NCBI GenBank assembly: GCA_944323785.1
Contig: CALUTU010000005.1
Span: forward strand, 39,319-103,318
Source: an uncultured Bacteroidales bacterium
GTDB lineage: Bacteria; Bacteroidota; Bacteroidia; Bacteroidales; UBA932
Length of the DNA: 64,000 bases
Direction of reading: 5' to 3'
Numbering within the stretch: position 1 is the first letter of the stretch; each line of letters opens with the position of its first letter. The translations under genes were made by a program, and so were the position numbers. Shown piece after piece: positions 10,666-21,363 of the stretch. Below the pieces are notes generated by a model. That model saw only the letters and a list, made by a program, of their open reading frames with translations. It did not search any database and was not told where the DNA came from.

Positions 10666-10956
10666 CTATTTACCGAATCTCTTCTCTTTTATCTTCTTGA
10701 TCTGGTCCTGGAGGACATCGACGCAGTCCACAACCGCGTCCTCGAATGTAGGTGCAGTCCTCTCGATGATGAGGTCATCTCCGGGAATGCCCAGTCTCAC
10801 CTTCACTGTCTTGCCATGGTCAGGCTGAACCGTGAGAGCGACATCACAGCTGATGATGTTGTCAAAAAACTTTTCCAGCTTGCCGACTTTCTTGTCGATG
10901 AAGTCCAGCAGTTTCTGATCTGCATCGAATTTGATCGATTGAACGTTAATCTTCAT
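10666..10956 (-). CDS. hpf: Ribosome hibernation-promoting factor / RaiA family
   Basis: 96-aa ORF. Sequence is typical of short HPF (MKINVQSIKFDADQKLLDFIDKKVGKLEKFFD...). Confidence 0.88.
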   Translation of the reverse strand: MKINVQSIKFDADQKLLDFIDKKVGKLEKFFDNIISCDVALTVQPDHGKTVKVRLGIPGDDLIIERTAPTFEDAVVDCVDVLQDQIKKIKEKRFGK

Positions 10957-11926
10957 GTTTACCTCCGTTTTTTGCTCTTGGATGAGCGGTTAAATATGTA
11001 TCTTTCAACTGTTCAAAAGAACTGTGGGTATACACCTGCGTGGTAGCCAGCGAGGCATGTCCCAGTATCTCCTTTATGGAATTAAGATCCGCTCCGTTGT
11101 TGAGCAGATGAGTTGCCAGAGAGTGGCGCAGCACGTGCGGAGACTTCTTCCCGCTGAATCCTTCCACTCCGTTCAGCTGCTCATGTACCGCCTCATTCAC
11201 CAACTCCGGATACAGCGGCTTGCCCGCGTCTGTCAGGAAAAACCTGCCGTCATCCGGACTTTCCGGGAACTCTTTCTTAATTCTCTCCAAATATAATAAA
11301 ATTTCCTGACAAACGGAAGCGGGAACGGGAATTTCTCTCATTTTATCCCCTTTTCCCAAAACCGTAAATACCATTCTGTCCAGGTCGAAGTTCCTACGTC
11401 CAAGTCCCACTATCTCCGAACGGCGCATTCCGGTGGCATACAACACCAACACCATCAGCACATTGCGGTAGTCATGCCAGCTCATCTCAGAGCAGGCCCT
11501 GCCGGAGCCGTCCAGTCCTTTGGTCTTAAAGAACTGTTCCAGGGATTTTTCAGTATAGAACTCCGGCAGACGGTGACTCTCCTTCGGTCTGGGGACCTTT
11601 CGCACCGGATTGGAAAGCAGTACGGACTTATGCACAAGCCAGGTACAGTAGCTGCTCAATGCCGAGAGATGCAGGTTGACTGTGCGCGGGCTCAGTCCAC
11701 TCCTCAATGACGAGGCTATGTATCCGCGTATACAACTGAATATCAATGCTTCTTTCTGCTGCTCAGGCGTAAGTACCCCTATCTGAAAGGAACCGTCCTC
11801 CTCACACAGATCCGGATACTGAACTCTGTAAAAATCCTCCAGCGCCGCCCTGTATATGGCACATGTTCGCGGAGAATACCTTTTCTCAGACGTGATATAT
11901 TGCAGAAACTCCTCTACCATTGTCAA
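10946..11926 (-). CDS. xerC: Tyrosine recombinase XerC/XerD family
   Basis: 326-aa ORF with the C-terminal catalytic region HVLRHSLATHLL...LGHASLATTQVYTH. Divergent from rpsU, a housekeeping arrangement I recall as common in Bacteroidales. Start could be 11920. Confidence 0.85.
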   Translation of the reverse strand: MTMVEEFLQYITSEKRYSPRTCAIYRAALEDFYRVQYPDLCEEDGSFQIGVLTPEQQKEALIFSCIRGYIASSLRSGLSPRTVNLHLSALSSYCTWLVHKSVLLSNPVRKVPRPKESHRLPEFYTEKSLEQFFKTKGLDGSGRACSEMSWHDYRNVLMVLVLYATGMRRSEIVGLGRRNFDLDRMVFTVLGKGDKMREIPVPASVCQEILLYLERIKKEFPESPDDGRFFLTDAGKPLYPELVNEAVHEQLNGVEGFSGKKSPHVLRHSLATHLLNNGADLNSIKEILGHASLATTQVYTHSSFEQLKDTYLTAHPRAKNGGKHED

Positions 11927-11954
11927 TTATTTTTGCAAATTTAATAAAATCCCC

Positions 11955-11962
11955 TATCTTTG
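11955..11962 (+). promoter_or_regulatory. Bacteroidetes -7 box TATCTTTG (rpsU)
   Basis: Matches the TAnnTTTG consensus 30 nt upstream of the ATG. A TTTG (-33-like) lies at 11932-11935, about 20 nt upstream. Confidence 0.6.
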
Positions 11963-11991
11963 CAGCCCTAATAAAAGGAGGTGGTAAAAGA

Positions 11992-12183
11992 ATGATTATA
12001 GTACCTATCAAAGAAGGCGAGAACATAGAGAAGGCTCTCAAGAAATTCAAACGTAAATTCGAGAAGACAGGAGTGGTACGCGAGCTCCGCAGCAGAAAGC
12101 AGTTCGAGAAACCTTCCGTAAAGAGAAGAAACGAGATCAAGAAGGCTATCTATGTACAGCACCTCAGACTGAACGAGGAGTAA
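11992..12183 (+). CDS. rpsU: 30S ribosomal protein S21
   Basis: 63-aa product MIIVPIKEGENIEKALKKFKRKFEKTG.... Internal start chosen downstream of the promoter box. Confidence 0.93.
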   Translation: MIIVPIKEGENIEKALKKFKRKFEKTGVVRELRSRKQFEKPSVKRRNEIKKAIYVQHLRLNEE

Positions 12184-12204
12184 TAACTCATTATTAAATA
12201 ATAT

Positions 12205-12236
12205 AACCGGCAAGATAATCTCTGCCGGTTTTTTTA
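12205..12236 (+). terminator. Rho-independent terminator (rpsU)
   Basis: AACCGGCA-N10-TGCCGGTT followed by TTTTTT. Confidence 0.8.
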
Positions 12237-12244
12237 TACTGTAG

Positions 12245-12291
12245 AATAACAAAAGAAGCCGACCTCAAAAATCCTCTTTTGGGTCGGCCTC
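12245..12291 (-). terminator. Rho-independent terminator (mutB)
   Basis: The minus strand reads GAGGCCGACC-loop-GGTCGGCTTC (one G-U pair) followed by TTTTGTTATT. Lies 28 nt after the mutB stop. Confidence 0.75.
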
Positions 12292-12318
12292 TTTGTTATT
12301 GACGCATCATAAAACCAA

Positions 12319-14448
12319 TTAGCGCATATTCAAGAGCTCGATCATCTTGATGACTGCGGTGGAGATACGGGTACCGGGGCCGAAGATGGCTGCGGCACCG
12401 GCCTTGTAGAGAGCATCGTAGTCCTGAGGAGGAATAACGCCGCCGACTACCACCATGATGTCCTCACGGCCGAGCTTCTTGAGCTCGTCGATGATCTGAG
12501 GCACGAGGGTCTTGTGACCGGCTGCAAGGGAGGATACACCGACGATGTGTACGTCGTTCTCCACAGCCTGCTTGGCTGCCTCTGCAGGAGTCTGGAAGAG
12601 AGGACCCATATCCACGTCGAAGCCGCAGTCGGCATAACCGGTAGCCACAACCTTGGCTCCGCGGTCGTGTCCGTCCTGACCGAGTTTGGCGATCATGATA
12701 CGGGGCTGACGGCCTTCCTTCTTGGCGAACTCGGCCACCATCTCCTTGGCCTTCTCGAACTCACTGTCGTTCTTGACCTCAGAAGAGTAAACACCTGTAT
12801 TCATACGTATAACTGCTTTATATCTTCCGACAACTTTCTCGCATGCATCCGAGATCTCACCGAGGGTGGCGCGGTTGCGTGCGGCCTCGACTGCGAGCTC
12901 GAGCAGATTGCCGCTCTTGGTCTCGACAGCCTTGGTGATGGCATCCAGAGAAGCCTGGACAGCGGCATTGTCACGTTTGGCGCGGAGCTCCTTCAGACGT
13001 GCGATCTGAGACTCACGTACCTTGGTGTTGTCGATGTCGAGAATCTCGATGGGATCCTCCTTGTCCAGACGGTACTCGTTGATACCGATAATCTTGTCCA
13101 CACCTGAGTCGATACGGGCCTGCTTGCGTGCGGCGGCCTCCTCGATACGGAGTTTGGGGATACCGGTCTCGATAGCCTTGGCCATACCGCCGAGCTTCTC
13201 GATCTCCTGGATGTGCTCCCATGCTCTGTGGGCGATCTGGTCGGTCAGGTACTCTACATAGTAGGAACCTGCCCAAGGATCTATGCCGCGGCATACGTTG
13301 GTCTCCTCCTGGATGTAGATCTGGGTGTTACGTGCGATACGGGCGGAGAAGTCGGTAGGCAGGGCGATAGCCTCGTCGAGAGCGTTGGTATGCAGGGACT
13401 GGGTGTGTCCGAGTGCGGCGCCCATGGCCTCGATACATGTCCTGGCCACGTTGTTGAAAGGATCCTGCTCGGTGAGGGACCAGCCGGATGTCTGGCAGTG
13501 GGTCCTCAGTGAGAGGGACTTGTTGCTCTTAGGATTGAACTGCTTTACAATCTTGGCCCAGAGCATACGGGCTGCACGCATCTTGGCGATCTCCATGAAG
13601 TGGTTCATGCCGATGGCCCAGAAGAAGGACAGACGGGGAGCGAAGGCATCCACGTCGATGCCGGCCTTGATACCTGTACGCAGGTACTCCAGACCGTCAG
13701 CCAGGGTATAGGCCATCTCGATGTCGCAGGTAGCGCCGGCCTCCTGCATGTGGTAGCCGGAGATGGATATCGAGTTGAACTTGGGCATGTACTTGGAGGT
13801 GTAGGCGAAGATGTCGCCGATAATCCTCATCGAGAACTCGGGAGGATAGATGTAGGTGTTGCGGACCATGAACTCCTTGAGGATATCGTTCTGGATGGTA
13901 CCCTGCATCTCCTCGAGCTTGGCACCCTGCTCCTGGGCTGCCACGATATAGAAGGCCAGGATAGGCAGAACGGCTCCGTTCATGGTCATGGACACTGACA
14001 TCTTGTTCAGAGGTATCTGGTCGAAGAGCACCTTCATGTCCTCTACGCTGCAGATAGACACACCGGCCTTTCCGACGTCACCGACTACGCGGGGATGGTC
14101 GGCATCATAGCCTCTGTGTGTAGCCAGGTCAAATGCCACGGACAGACCCTTCTGTCCTGCGGCGAGATTCCTGCGGTAGAAAGCATTGGACTCCTCTGCC
14201 GTGGAGAAGCCTGCATACTGACGTATGGTCCAGGGCCTCATCACGTACATGGTGCTGTAAGGTCCGCGGAGGAAAGGAGGAAGACCTGCTGCATAGTTCA
14301 GGTGCTCCATTCCCTCATTGTCCCCGGGAGTGTAGATCTCCTTCACGCCGATGTGCTCCGGAGTCTCCCAAATCTGCTGTGAAGCAGCTGCCTGCGCGCA
14401 TCCTGCGGCGGCATTGTCAAACTGTATGTCTTTAAAATTAGGACGCAT
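12319..14448 (-). CDS. mutB: Methylmalonyl-CoA mutase large (catalytic, B12-binding) subunit
   Basis: 709-aa ORF with a C-terminal cobalamin motif in ...[15 protein letters not shown].... TIM-barrel region is typical of MCM. Confidence 0.95.
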   Translation of the reverse strand: MRPNFKDIQFDNAAAGCAQAAASQQIWETPEHIGVKEIYTPGDNEGMEHLNYAAGLPPFLRGPYSTMYVMRPWTIRQYAGFSTAEESNAFYRRNLAAGQKGLSVAFDLATHRGYDADHPRVVGDVGKAGVSICSVEDMKVLFDQIPLNKMSVSMTMNGAVLPILAFYIVAAQEQGAKLEEMQGTIQNDILKEFMVRNTYIYPPEFSMRIIGDIFAYTSKYMPKFNSISISGYHMQEAGATCDIEMAYTLADGLEYLRTGIKAGIDVDAFAPRLSFFWAIGMNHFMEIAKMRAARMLWAKIVKQFNPKSNKSLSLRTHCQTSGWSLTEQDPFNNVARTCIEAMGAALGHTQSLHTNALDEAIALPTDFSARIARNTQIYIQEETNVCRGIDPWAGSYYVEYLTDQIAHRAWEHIQEIEKLGGMAKAIETGIPKLRIEEAAARKQARIDSGVDKIIGINEYRLDKEDPIEILDIDNTKVRESQIARLKELRAKRDNAAVQASLDAITKAVETKSGNLLELAVEAARNRATLGEISDACEKVVGRYKAVIRMNTGVYSSEVKNDSEFEKAKEMVAEFAKKEGRQPRIMIAKLGQDGHDRGAKVVATGYADCGFDVDMGPLFQTPAEAAKQAVENDVHIVGVSSLAAGHKTLVPQIIDELKKLGREDIMVVVGGVIPPQDYDALYKAGAAAIFGPGTRISTAVIKMIELLNMR

Positions 14449-14459
14449 AACTTCTGAGA

Positions 14460-16352
14460 TTAAAGAGATTTGATTCCGAGCTTCTCCTGATAGCCGCGAA
14501 GGGTCTCGAGGACGTTGCTCTTGACACTGATAAAGTTCTGGATTCCTTTGGACTGGAGATCCTCCTTGCAGGCAGGCTCGCCTGCTACGACTACGATGGC
14601 CTTGTCACCGATAAGGCGTGCGATCTCAGGCACTGCCTCAGCGTACTCGTCGTCGGACGAGCAGGCAACCACGATCTCGGCTCCGGAAGCGAGGGCTGCC
14701 TTTACGCCCTCCTCGATGGAAGCGAAACGGTTGTTGTCGATGATGCGGATACCGGCCACTGCGAAGAAGTTCGAGGAGAACTGGGCGCGGGCGCGGCACA
14801 TGGCCAGGTTGCCGAATGTAAGCATGAATGCCTTGGGCTCCTTGCCGCTGCGGTCTGTAGCAAGACGGAGGGCCTCGAAGGCCTCAGCTGCGCGGTAGGG
14901 CTTCAGAGGCTCCACTGCATCCTCCTTCTGGCAACCGTGGGCGGGAACGACCTGACCCATGCGGGTGAGGATGTCGCGGGATACGATCTCGGGAGTAATC
15001 TCGTCTCCGGCCTTCTCGAGGAAGTTGGGATACTGGTTGCTGCCGAGGATGGTGTCGCGGCGGGTTGCGTAGTTCTTGTCCCTCTTGTCGGACACGGCCT
15101 TGATCTCGGACTGGATGAATCCGGCCTTGAACTGGGCCACATAGCCGCCGGCGGCCTCTACCTTGCGGAAGAGATCCCATGCGGCCTCGGCTATCTTCTC
15201 GGTAAGCATCTCCACATAGTAGGAACCGGCTGCGGGGTCGACGACCTTGTCGAAACGGGCCTCCTCCTTGAGGATGTTCTGCACGTTGCGTGCGATACGG
15301 CGGGAGAAGTCATTGGGAACCCTGAACGCGAAGTCATAAGGCAGCACCTCGAGGTAGTCCACGCCTGCGATAGCAGCGCTCATGGCCTCGGTGGTACCGC
15401 GGAGCATATTTACATAGGAATCGTAGACTGTAAGGTTGTACTCGGAGGTGGTGGCGAATACCAGCATCATCTCAGGGCAGCCCTTGGCGCAGCCGTAGTC
15501 CTCGACAACGTTGGCCCAGAGCATGCGGGCGGCGCGGAACTTGGCTATCTCCATGAAATAGGAGCTGCCTACCGCAAACTCGAAGAAAGTCTTGCGTGCG
15601 ATGGTCTCCACGTCGATACCCATATCGCTCAGGCGGGAGAGATACTCGCTGCCCTGGCTGAGGGCAAAAGCGAGCTCCTGGGTGGAGGAGGCGCCGCAGC
15701 TGTTGTAGATCACTGCATCCACGGCGATGACACGTATATTCTTATAGGGAGCGGCAGCCTTTACGCACTCTGCCAGGGCATTGAAAGCCTTCTCCTCGCA
15801 GAAGGAGCCCTTCTTGTTCAGAGGTCTCAGAGGCGAGAAGTCAAAGGTTGCGCGGACAGTGTCCTTGTCGATGCCGAGAGAGTCCACGTACTTGAGGAAA
15901 TTGTGCAGGCCGTCCACGTTCTTGGGGCAGCAGCCGCGGAAGTTCACGGGCACCTTCTCGAGGGAAATACCCTTCAGGAGAGCGGTGTAGTCAGCCACTT
16001 CCATGACCTTGCCCTCGGGAAGGTGGAAGGTGAATGACTCGACACCCTTGGTCAGGAGGGTAAGAGCCTGGCTGTTTGCCGCGGCAATGTCCCCGCAGCA
16101 TACGCTCTCGTTGATGAACCATCTGTTATTCTGCTTTGTTCCTCTTACAAAGGGGAACTCTCCGGGATTTTTCCCTACGTACTTCAGACCCTGCAGGTCC
16201 TCGGCACGGTAATAAGGACGCACGGAGAATCCGTCATAGGTCTTCCATACGAGCTTCTTCTCGTAGTCGGCACCCTTGAGGTCCTTCGTGATTACCTCTT
16301 CCCATGCTGTCGTAGAGACAGGAGGAAATTCAGTAAATAATTTTTCTGCCAT
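14460..16352 (-). CDS. mutA: Methylmalonyl-CoA mutase small subunit
   Basis: 630-aa MCM paralogue lacking the DxHxxG motif. Sits immediately upstream of mutB. Confidence 0.9.
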   Translation of the reverse strand: MAEKLFTEFPPVSTTAWEEVITKDLKGADYEKKLVWKTYDGFSVRPYYRAEDLQGLKYVGKNPGEFPFVRGTKQNNRWFINESVCCGDIAAANSQALTLLTKGVESFTFHLPEGKVMEVADYTALLKGISLEKVPVNFRGCCPKNVDGLHNFLKYVDSLGIDKDTVRATFDFSPLRPLNKKGSFCEEKAFNALAECVKAAAPYKNIRVIAVDAVIYNSCGASSTQELAFALSQGSEYLSRLSDMGIDVETIARKTFFEFAVGSSYFMEIAKFRAARMLWANVVEDYGCAKGCPEMMLVFATTSEYNLTVYDSYVNMLRGTTEAMSAAIAGVDYLEVLPYDFAFRVPNDFSRRIARNVQNILKEEARFDKVVDPAAGSYYVEMLTEKIAEAAWDLFRKVEAAGGYVAQFKAGFIQSEIKAVSDKRDKNYATRRDTILGSNQYPNFLEKAGDEITPEIVSRDILTRMGQVVPAHGCQKEDAVEPLKPYRAAEAFEALRLATDRSGKEPKAFMLTFGNLAMCRARAQFSSNFFAVAGIRIIDNNRFASIEEGVKAALASGAEIVVACSSDDEYAEAVPEIARLIGDKAIVVVAGEPACKEDLQSKGIQNFISVKSNVLETLRGYQEKLGIKSL

Positions 16353-16387
16353 ATTTCAAATATTTGAAAGTTAATAGTTCCAATCTG

Positions 16388-18376
16388 TTACAGAAGGCTC
16401 TCGTCCACCAGGTAGGGCATGGTCACCTTCAGTTCCGGAGTACGCTCCATCTCCCGCTTAATGGCGAACATCGCGCCCTTGTTGCGGGCCCAGCTGCGGC
16501 GTGCGATGCCGTTGTTGACATCCCAGTGCAGCATCATTCTTATCCTGCGGTCAGCATCCTCGCTGCCGTCAATCACCATGCCGAAGCCTCCGTTGATGAC
16601 CTCGCCCCAGCCTACTCCGCCGCCGTTGTGCAAGGACACCCAGGTAGCGCCGCGGAAGGAGTCGCCTATGACGTTCTGCACGGCCATGTCGGCGGTGAAC
16701 TGCGATCCGTCGTAGATATTGGATGTCTCGCGGTAAGGCGAATCCGTGCCTGACACGTCGTGATGGTCACGTCCGAGCACGATGGGAGCTGAAATACGGC
16801 CCTCCCGGATAGCCCTGTTCATCTCAAGCGCTATCTTTATACGGCCCTCGGCATCAGCGTAGAGAATACGGGCCTGCGAGCCGACGACCAGCTTGTTCTT
16901 GCCGGCCTCGCGGATCCAGTGAATATTGTCCGCAAGCTGATTCTTTATCTCCTCAGGAGCTGTCCTGTATATGTCCTCAAGCACCTCGGCCGCTATGCGG
17001 TCTGTCTCCGCCAGGTCCTCAGGCTTGGATGATGTGCATACCCATCGGTACGGACCGAAACCGTAGTCGAAGAAGAGAGGTCCCATGATGTCCTGCACGT
17101 ATGAGGGATAGCGGAACGCTCCGCCCACTCCCATAATGTCGGCCTTCGCACGGGAAGCCTCCAGCAGGAAGGCATTGCCGTAGTCGAAGAAATACATGCC
17201 CTTCTCTGTGAGCTTGTTGATGGCGGCCACCTGACGGCGGAGCGACTTCTGCACCTCTCTCTTGAACTTCTCGGGGTCGGAAGCCATCATCTCGTTGGAC
17301 TCCTCAAATGTGAAACCTGCGGGATAGTAACCGCCGGCCCAGGGATTGTGCAGTGAGGTCTGGTCGGAACCGAGGTCCACATCCACTCCCCTCTTTGCCA
17401 GCCTCTCCCAGAGATCCACGATATTGCCCTGATATGCCAGAGCCACTGCCTCCTTGTTCTCCCTGGCCTTGAGAGCCCTGTCGATAAGCGGGTCGAGTTC
17501 GGTGTACACCTCGTCTACCCAACCCTGGGAATAGCGGGTACGGATGGCCTTGGGATTGATCTCCGCGATGATACCGACCACGCCGGCTATCACCGAAGCC
17601 TTGCCCTGAGCTCCGGACATTCCTCCGAGACCGGAACTTACGAAGAGCTTGCCGCGGTTCTCCGTCCCGGGACGGGTGTGCATCCTGGCGGCGTTCATCA
17701 CAGTGATGGTAGTGCCGTGAACGATACCCTGAGGACCTATATACATGAAGGAGCCCGCAGTCATCTGCCCGTACTGGGAGACGCCGAGGGCGTTGAACTT
17801 CTCCCAATGATCCTTGGAAGAGTAGTTGGGAATCACCATACCGTTTGTAATCACCAGACGCGGTGCATCCTTATGCGAGGGGAAGAGTCCCAGCGGATGA
17901 CCCGAGTACAGCACCAGGGTCTGCTCGTCCGTCATCTGCGAGAGATACTGCATGGTCAGACGGTACTGCGCCCAGTTCTGGAAAGCCGCTCCGTTGCCTC
18001 CGTAGACGATGAGCTCGTGGGGATGCTGAGCAACGGCCATGTCCAGGTTATTGGATATCATCAGCATGATGGCCGCAGCCTGACGGCTCTTGTATGGAAA
18101 ATCATCTATACTGCGGGCGTATATCTTGTAATCGGGCCGCAGACGGTACATATAGATACGTCCGTAAGTCTCAAGCTCTTCCTTGAACTCAGGAATGAGT
18201 TCCGCATGATGTTTGGGAGGAAAATACCGCAGTGCGTTTCTCAATGCCAGCTTCTTTTCCTCAGCGGTAAGTATCTGCTTTCTGTGCGGAGCATGATTGA
18301 CCGTCGGGTCAAATGGTTTGGGAGCCGGAAGCACATCCGGGATACCCTCGATAATTGATTTCTGGAAATCAGTCAT
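16388..18376 (-). CDS. hutU: Urocanate hydratase
   Basis: Long, highly conserved urocanase sequence (…GLGGMSGAQ…). Start set at MTDFQKS (18376) because a TAnnTTTG box at 18419-18426 lies inside the longer ORF. Confidence 0.92.
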   Translation of the reverse strand: MTDFQKSIIEGIPDVLPAPKPFDPTVNHAPHRKQILTAEEKKLALRNALRYFPPKHHAELIPEFKEELETYGRIYMYRLRPDYKIYARSIDDFPYKSRQAAAIMLMISNNLDMAVAQHPHELIVYGGNGAAFQNWAQYRLTMQYLSQMTDEQTLVLYSGHPLGLFPSHKDAPRLVITNGMVIPNYSSKDHWEKFNALGVSQYGQMTAGSFMYIGPQGIVHGTTITVMNAARMHTRPGTENRGKLFVSSGLGGMSGAQGKASVIAGVVGIIAEINPKAIRTRYSQGWVDEVYTELDPLIDRALKARENKEAVALAYQGNIVDLWERLAKRGVDVDLGSDQTSLHNPWAGGYYPAGFTFEESNEMMASDPEKFKREVQKSLRRQVAAINKLTEKGMYFFDYGNAFLLEASRAKADIMGVGGAFRYPSYVQDIMGPLFFDYGFGPYRWVCTSSKPEDLAETDRIAAEVLEDIYRTAPEEIKNQLADNIHWIREAGKNKLVVGSQARILYADAEGRIKIALEMNRAIREGRISAPIVLGRDHHDVSGTDSPYRETSNIYDGSQFTADMAVQNVIGDSFRGATWVSLHNGGGVGWGEVINGGFGMVIDGSEDADRRIRMMLHWDVNNGIARRSWARNKGAMFAIKREMERTPELKVTMPYLVDESLL

Positions 18377-18418
18377 ATAGTCTATATTTTGTCGAATTTG
18401 CAATCTACAAATAACATA

Positions 18419-18426
18419 CAAAAGTA
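18419..18426 (-). promoter_or_regulatory. -7 box TACTTTTG (hutU, possibly hutU-mutAB)
   Basis: TAnnTTTG on the minus strand, 43 nt upstream of the ATG at 18376. Confidence 0.5.
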
Positions 18427-18573
18427 GTAAAAAGTCCCGCAAAATCATCTTCCAATAGAAGAAAAGATATATCTTAGCGCCCCGTAATCTGAATAATGCA
18501 CTGTCATATACAGTTTGAATAGGCTAATTCTAGAATATTTTGCACTAACCATTTAAACCAAAACAAACTCATT

Positions 18574-19485
18574 ATGAGCAATTTATCATTAAAATACCTT
18601 CTACTTGCCGCCACAGTCGCCATCGCCGGCACATTCTCTTGCAGGCAAGCGGAAGAATTATCGTCGGAAGCCGAGGTCGTCTCATTCACCTTTGACGCCT
18701 CAGTCGATGCCAACAGCATCGTGACCTCACAGCCTGTCATCAACGGTGACAGCATCACATTCAGTGTCAGCTCCGACTCCGTTTCCGAGCGGCTCTCCGC
18801 CCTCGTTCCCACCATTACTGTCTCTGAAAACGCTACAGTCTCACCGGCATCAGGTTCGGCCGTGGACTTCTCACAAGGCACAGTGACATTCACTGTGACA
18901 GCACAGGACGGTGTAACAACAAGAGCCTATTTCGCGAAAGCAGTCACCGGCACTACTGACAATCCCGACATCACATACCCCATAGACGAGCAGCTGGCAG
19001 GCGAGTACAAGGGCCTGCTCAATATCACTTTGGGAGGTGAGCCCGTCGGTTCGGACATCGCCAGGAACATCACCGTCGCCAAAGTTGACGACGAGACCGT
19101 CAGCCTTACACTCGAGGACTTCTCGTTCATGGGCATAGAATTAGGCACCATCAAAGTTGACAGCTGCAAGATAGTCGGTTCCGACATACCGGAGTACGAC
19201 TACACCCTGTCCGGTGAACAGACTCTGACCCTCAATGTCATCGGCGAGCAGCACGTCACTGTCGACGGAGGATTCTTTGGCAACACCATAAGCCTCACGA
19301 TCAGTATCGACTTCAACGGCACACCCGTAGATGTAACGTTCGACGGTACCAAACTCACCGGCAGCGAGAGCAGCGAGGCACTCATCACCTCCTTCACCTT
19401 TGATGCCTCCTACCCCGCCAAGACCTACAAGCTGGCCGTAATCTTCGCAGCCAGCAAAGAAGGCAACCAGTACCGTGCCGCCTAG
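18574..19485 (+). CDS. Lipoprotein with calycin/lipocalin-like beta-barrel domain
   Basis: 303-aa ORF with lipobox ...AGTFSC. The segment LAGEYKGLLNITLGGEPVG...ITVAKVDDETVSLTLEDFSFMG resembles Bacteroidales calycin-like domains, from memory. Confidence 0.7.
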   Translation: MSNLSLKYLLLAATVAIAGTFSCRQAEELSSEAEVVSFTFDASVDANSIVTSQPVINGDSITFSVSSDSVSERLSALVPTITVSENATVSPASGSAVDFSQGTVTFTVTAQDGVTTRAYFAKAVTGTTDNPDITYPIDEQLAGEYKGLLNITLGGEPVGSDIARNITVAKVDDETVSLTLEDFSFMGIELGTIKVDSCKIVGSDIPEYDYTLSGEQTLTLNVIGEQHVTVDGGFFGNTISLTISIDFNGTPVDVTFDGTKLTGSESSEALITSFTFDASYPAKTYKLAVIFAASKEGNQYRAA

Positions 19486-19552
19486 GGCAGCATCATGGTC
19501 GTGGACAACGTAACCATCATCTGCGAGTAATTCAGCCGACCTTGATCCAATT

Positions 19553-19600
19553 AAGCCAGACAGGTTTTTCCAAAAAATCCATCTGGCTTTTATTTATTTT
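19553..19600 (+). terminator. Putative terminator
   Basis: AAGCCAGA-loop-TCTGGCTT followed by TTATTTATTTT. The loop is large (about 21 nt). Confidence 0.45.
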
Positions 19601-19602
19601 CG

Positions 19603-19610
19603 TACATTTG
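19603..19610 (+). promoter_or_regulatory. -7 box TACATTTG (fimbrillin-like gene)
   Basis: TAnnTTTG 27 nt upstream of the ATG at 19637. Confidence 0.55.
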
Positions 19611-19636
19611 CATGAATATATTTTAATTTTTGTTTT

Positions 19637-21229
19637 ATGAAAAGATTTATCATCGCCGCAGCAGTCTGTACAGTCATAATGGGCTGCGAGAAAAATACCG
19701 GCAAAGAAGAAGACTCCGTGGACATTCCCTTGACAATCACAGTCAGCGACAACGGATTTTCCATGGAAGACGGGACCTATTCTAACAACAGGGCATTCTC
19801 GGCAGGAGACCGTATCGGTCTGTTCGCCTTGATGAACGGAGAGATACTGGATGGCTTCAACAACATCTGCCTCACCGCATCAGGCACCGGCGACGCCATT
19901 GTATGGCAAGCCGCGGATCCGGAGATGCTGTTTCCCTCCGGAGCAGAGTACTATGCTTACTGGCCCTATCAGGAGACCTTGCCTGCATCCGTAGACCTTA
20001 CGGCCTCTGATGCCGCAGGCTTTTTCTCAATGATAAGCGAGGCCTGGCCTGTAGCGTCCGACCAGAGCGGAGACGGATTCGACTCCTCCGACCTGCTTAT
20101 AGGCATGGCAGCTCCGGCGGACAACAGTCTCAGTCTCGGCATGTCACATGCCATGGGACTTGTTGAGATAAGCCTTCCGGGGACATTCTACACATTCACC
20201 AACACGGACTACGACATCCCTGACTATTCGTTGAGCGGTCTCAGAATCTCTTTTGACTCAAAGATTCCCAAAAGTAAAAACGGGAGACTTCTTTTGGTCG
20301 TAGAACCGGGTGCCTTCTCCATCCCATGCACATACTCCGGTGAGTCCAAAACCTATGACGGCAATGCTGAAGCCGGAAAATGCACTTCCTTCTCCGAAGG
20401 CGAGCCGACTGTCATAGAGCACAATCTCCAGATAGGCGACTTCTTCCTCGCGGACGGAAACCTGCTCTCAAAGGACGCTCCGGCATCCGAAGTAGGCTCC
20501 GCCAATGTAATAGGGCTTGTATGCCAGATTGACCCGGAAAGAATCGGCAACGGTGAAAAAGAAGCACTCGGAGGGACAGCCCATGCTCTGGTTCTTGCTA
20601 CACGGGGAGCCGGATATGGCCAATACTACAGCTGGTACAACGACTACTCGACTGGCAATTTCGAGAGGGATGAGTCCGAAATAGGCTTTACCAGCATCCC
20701 CGAGCTTACGGATCCGCAAGAACTTTACAGCCTGGCCATAGCCGACATAGAAGGCTACGCGAACTACCACCTGCTCATCACTGAGAGAGCAGCCGATGTC
20801 GCAGCCGGAAATTATCGCGGCTTCCAGGCCATAACCCTCTTCAAAAATGAGGTCGGAGGTCCGGCAGAAGGCATGACAACAGGCTGGTTTATGCCGGCAG
20901 GAGGCCAGCTGCTGGACGCCATCAGCAATCTTACCGGTCTGCAGTTTGACGAGTCCAATGTACAGGCCAGTTCAGCAGTCGGAGGCTGGGACGGATGCCT
21001 GTCCTGGATGGAGATGGGCACTGTGGTGTCCTTGATGAACAGCGCCATGGAGAAGGTCAGCTTCACCAACAAGATACTGTTCGCTGACGCCGGCAACGGA
21101 ATACAGATAGCAGCACAGTCCTCTCCCACAAGGTATCGTTACATCGATTTCGCGGACGGCGGATGGATAGAATACCTGTGCTACGATAAAAACACCGGTG
21201 CGACGGTAAGACCCATGCTGGCTTTCTAA
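19637..21229 (+). CDS. Fimbrillin-family lipoprotein with a DUF1566-like C-terminal region
   Basis: 530-aa ORF with lipobox VIMGC. N-terminal region has F-S-A-G-D-R-I-G-L-F, typical of Bacteroidales fimbrillin-like proteins. C-terminal GWFMPAGGQLLDAISNL resembles the DUF1566 W-x-LP-x-x-x-EL motif. Confidence 0.7.
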   Translation: MKRFIIAAAVCTVIMGCEKNTGKEEDSVDIPLTITVSDNGFSMEDGTYSNNRAFSAGDRIGLFALMNGEILDGFNNICLTASGTGDAIVWQAADPEMLFPSGAEYYAYWPYQETLPASVDLTASDAAGFFSMISEAWPVASDQSGDGFDSSDLLIGMAAPADNSLSLGMSHAMGLVEISLPGTFYTFTNTDYDIPDYSLSGLRISFDSKIPKSKNGRLLLVVEPGAFSIPCTYSGESKTYDGNAEAGKCTSFSEGEPTVIEHNLQIGDFFLADGNLLSKDAPASEVGSANVIGLVCQIDPERIGNGEKEALGGTAHALVLATRGAGYGQYYSWYNDYSTGNFERDESEIGFTSIPELTDPQELYSLAIADIEGYANYHLLITERAADVAAGNYRGFQAITLFKNEVGGPAEGMTTGWFMPAGGQLLDAISNLTGLQFDESNVQASSAVGGWDGCLSWMEMGTVVSLMNSAMEKVSFTNKILFADAGNGIQIAAQSSPTRYRYIDFADGGWIEYLCYDKNTGATVRPMLAF

Positions 21230-21258
21230 AGGCATCCAACAAACTCAAACGACAATCT

Positions 21259-21291
21259 TAAGGGGCTGCGTCACAACAGCCCCTTTCTTTT
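21259..21291 (+). terminator. Rho-independent terminator (fimbrillin-like gene)
   Basis: AAGGGGCTG-N8-CAGCCCCTT followed by TCTTTT. Confidence 0.75.
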
Positions 21292-21363
21292 AACCCATCT
21301 TTCCCCATCTTTCCGCGAGCCATTTTGCAGGCCGTATCTGTTCCATTAGTTCATTCGCTGTCA

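Noticed and set aside
10946-11926. Tyrosine recombinase as a marker of an integrated mobile element.
   Set aside because: It is flanked by hpf and rpsU in what I recall as a conserved housekeeping arrangement. There are no att-like direct repeats, no tRNA, and no cargo or conjugation genes nearby. It is most likely chromosomal XerC/XerD.
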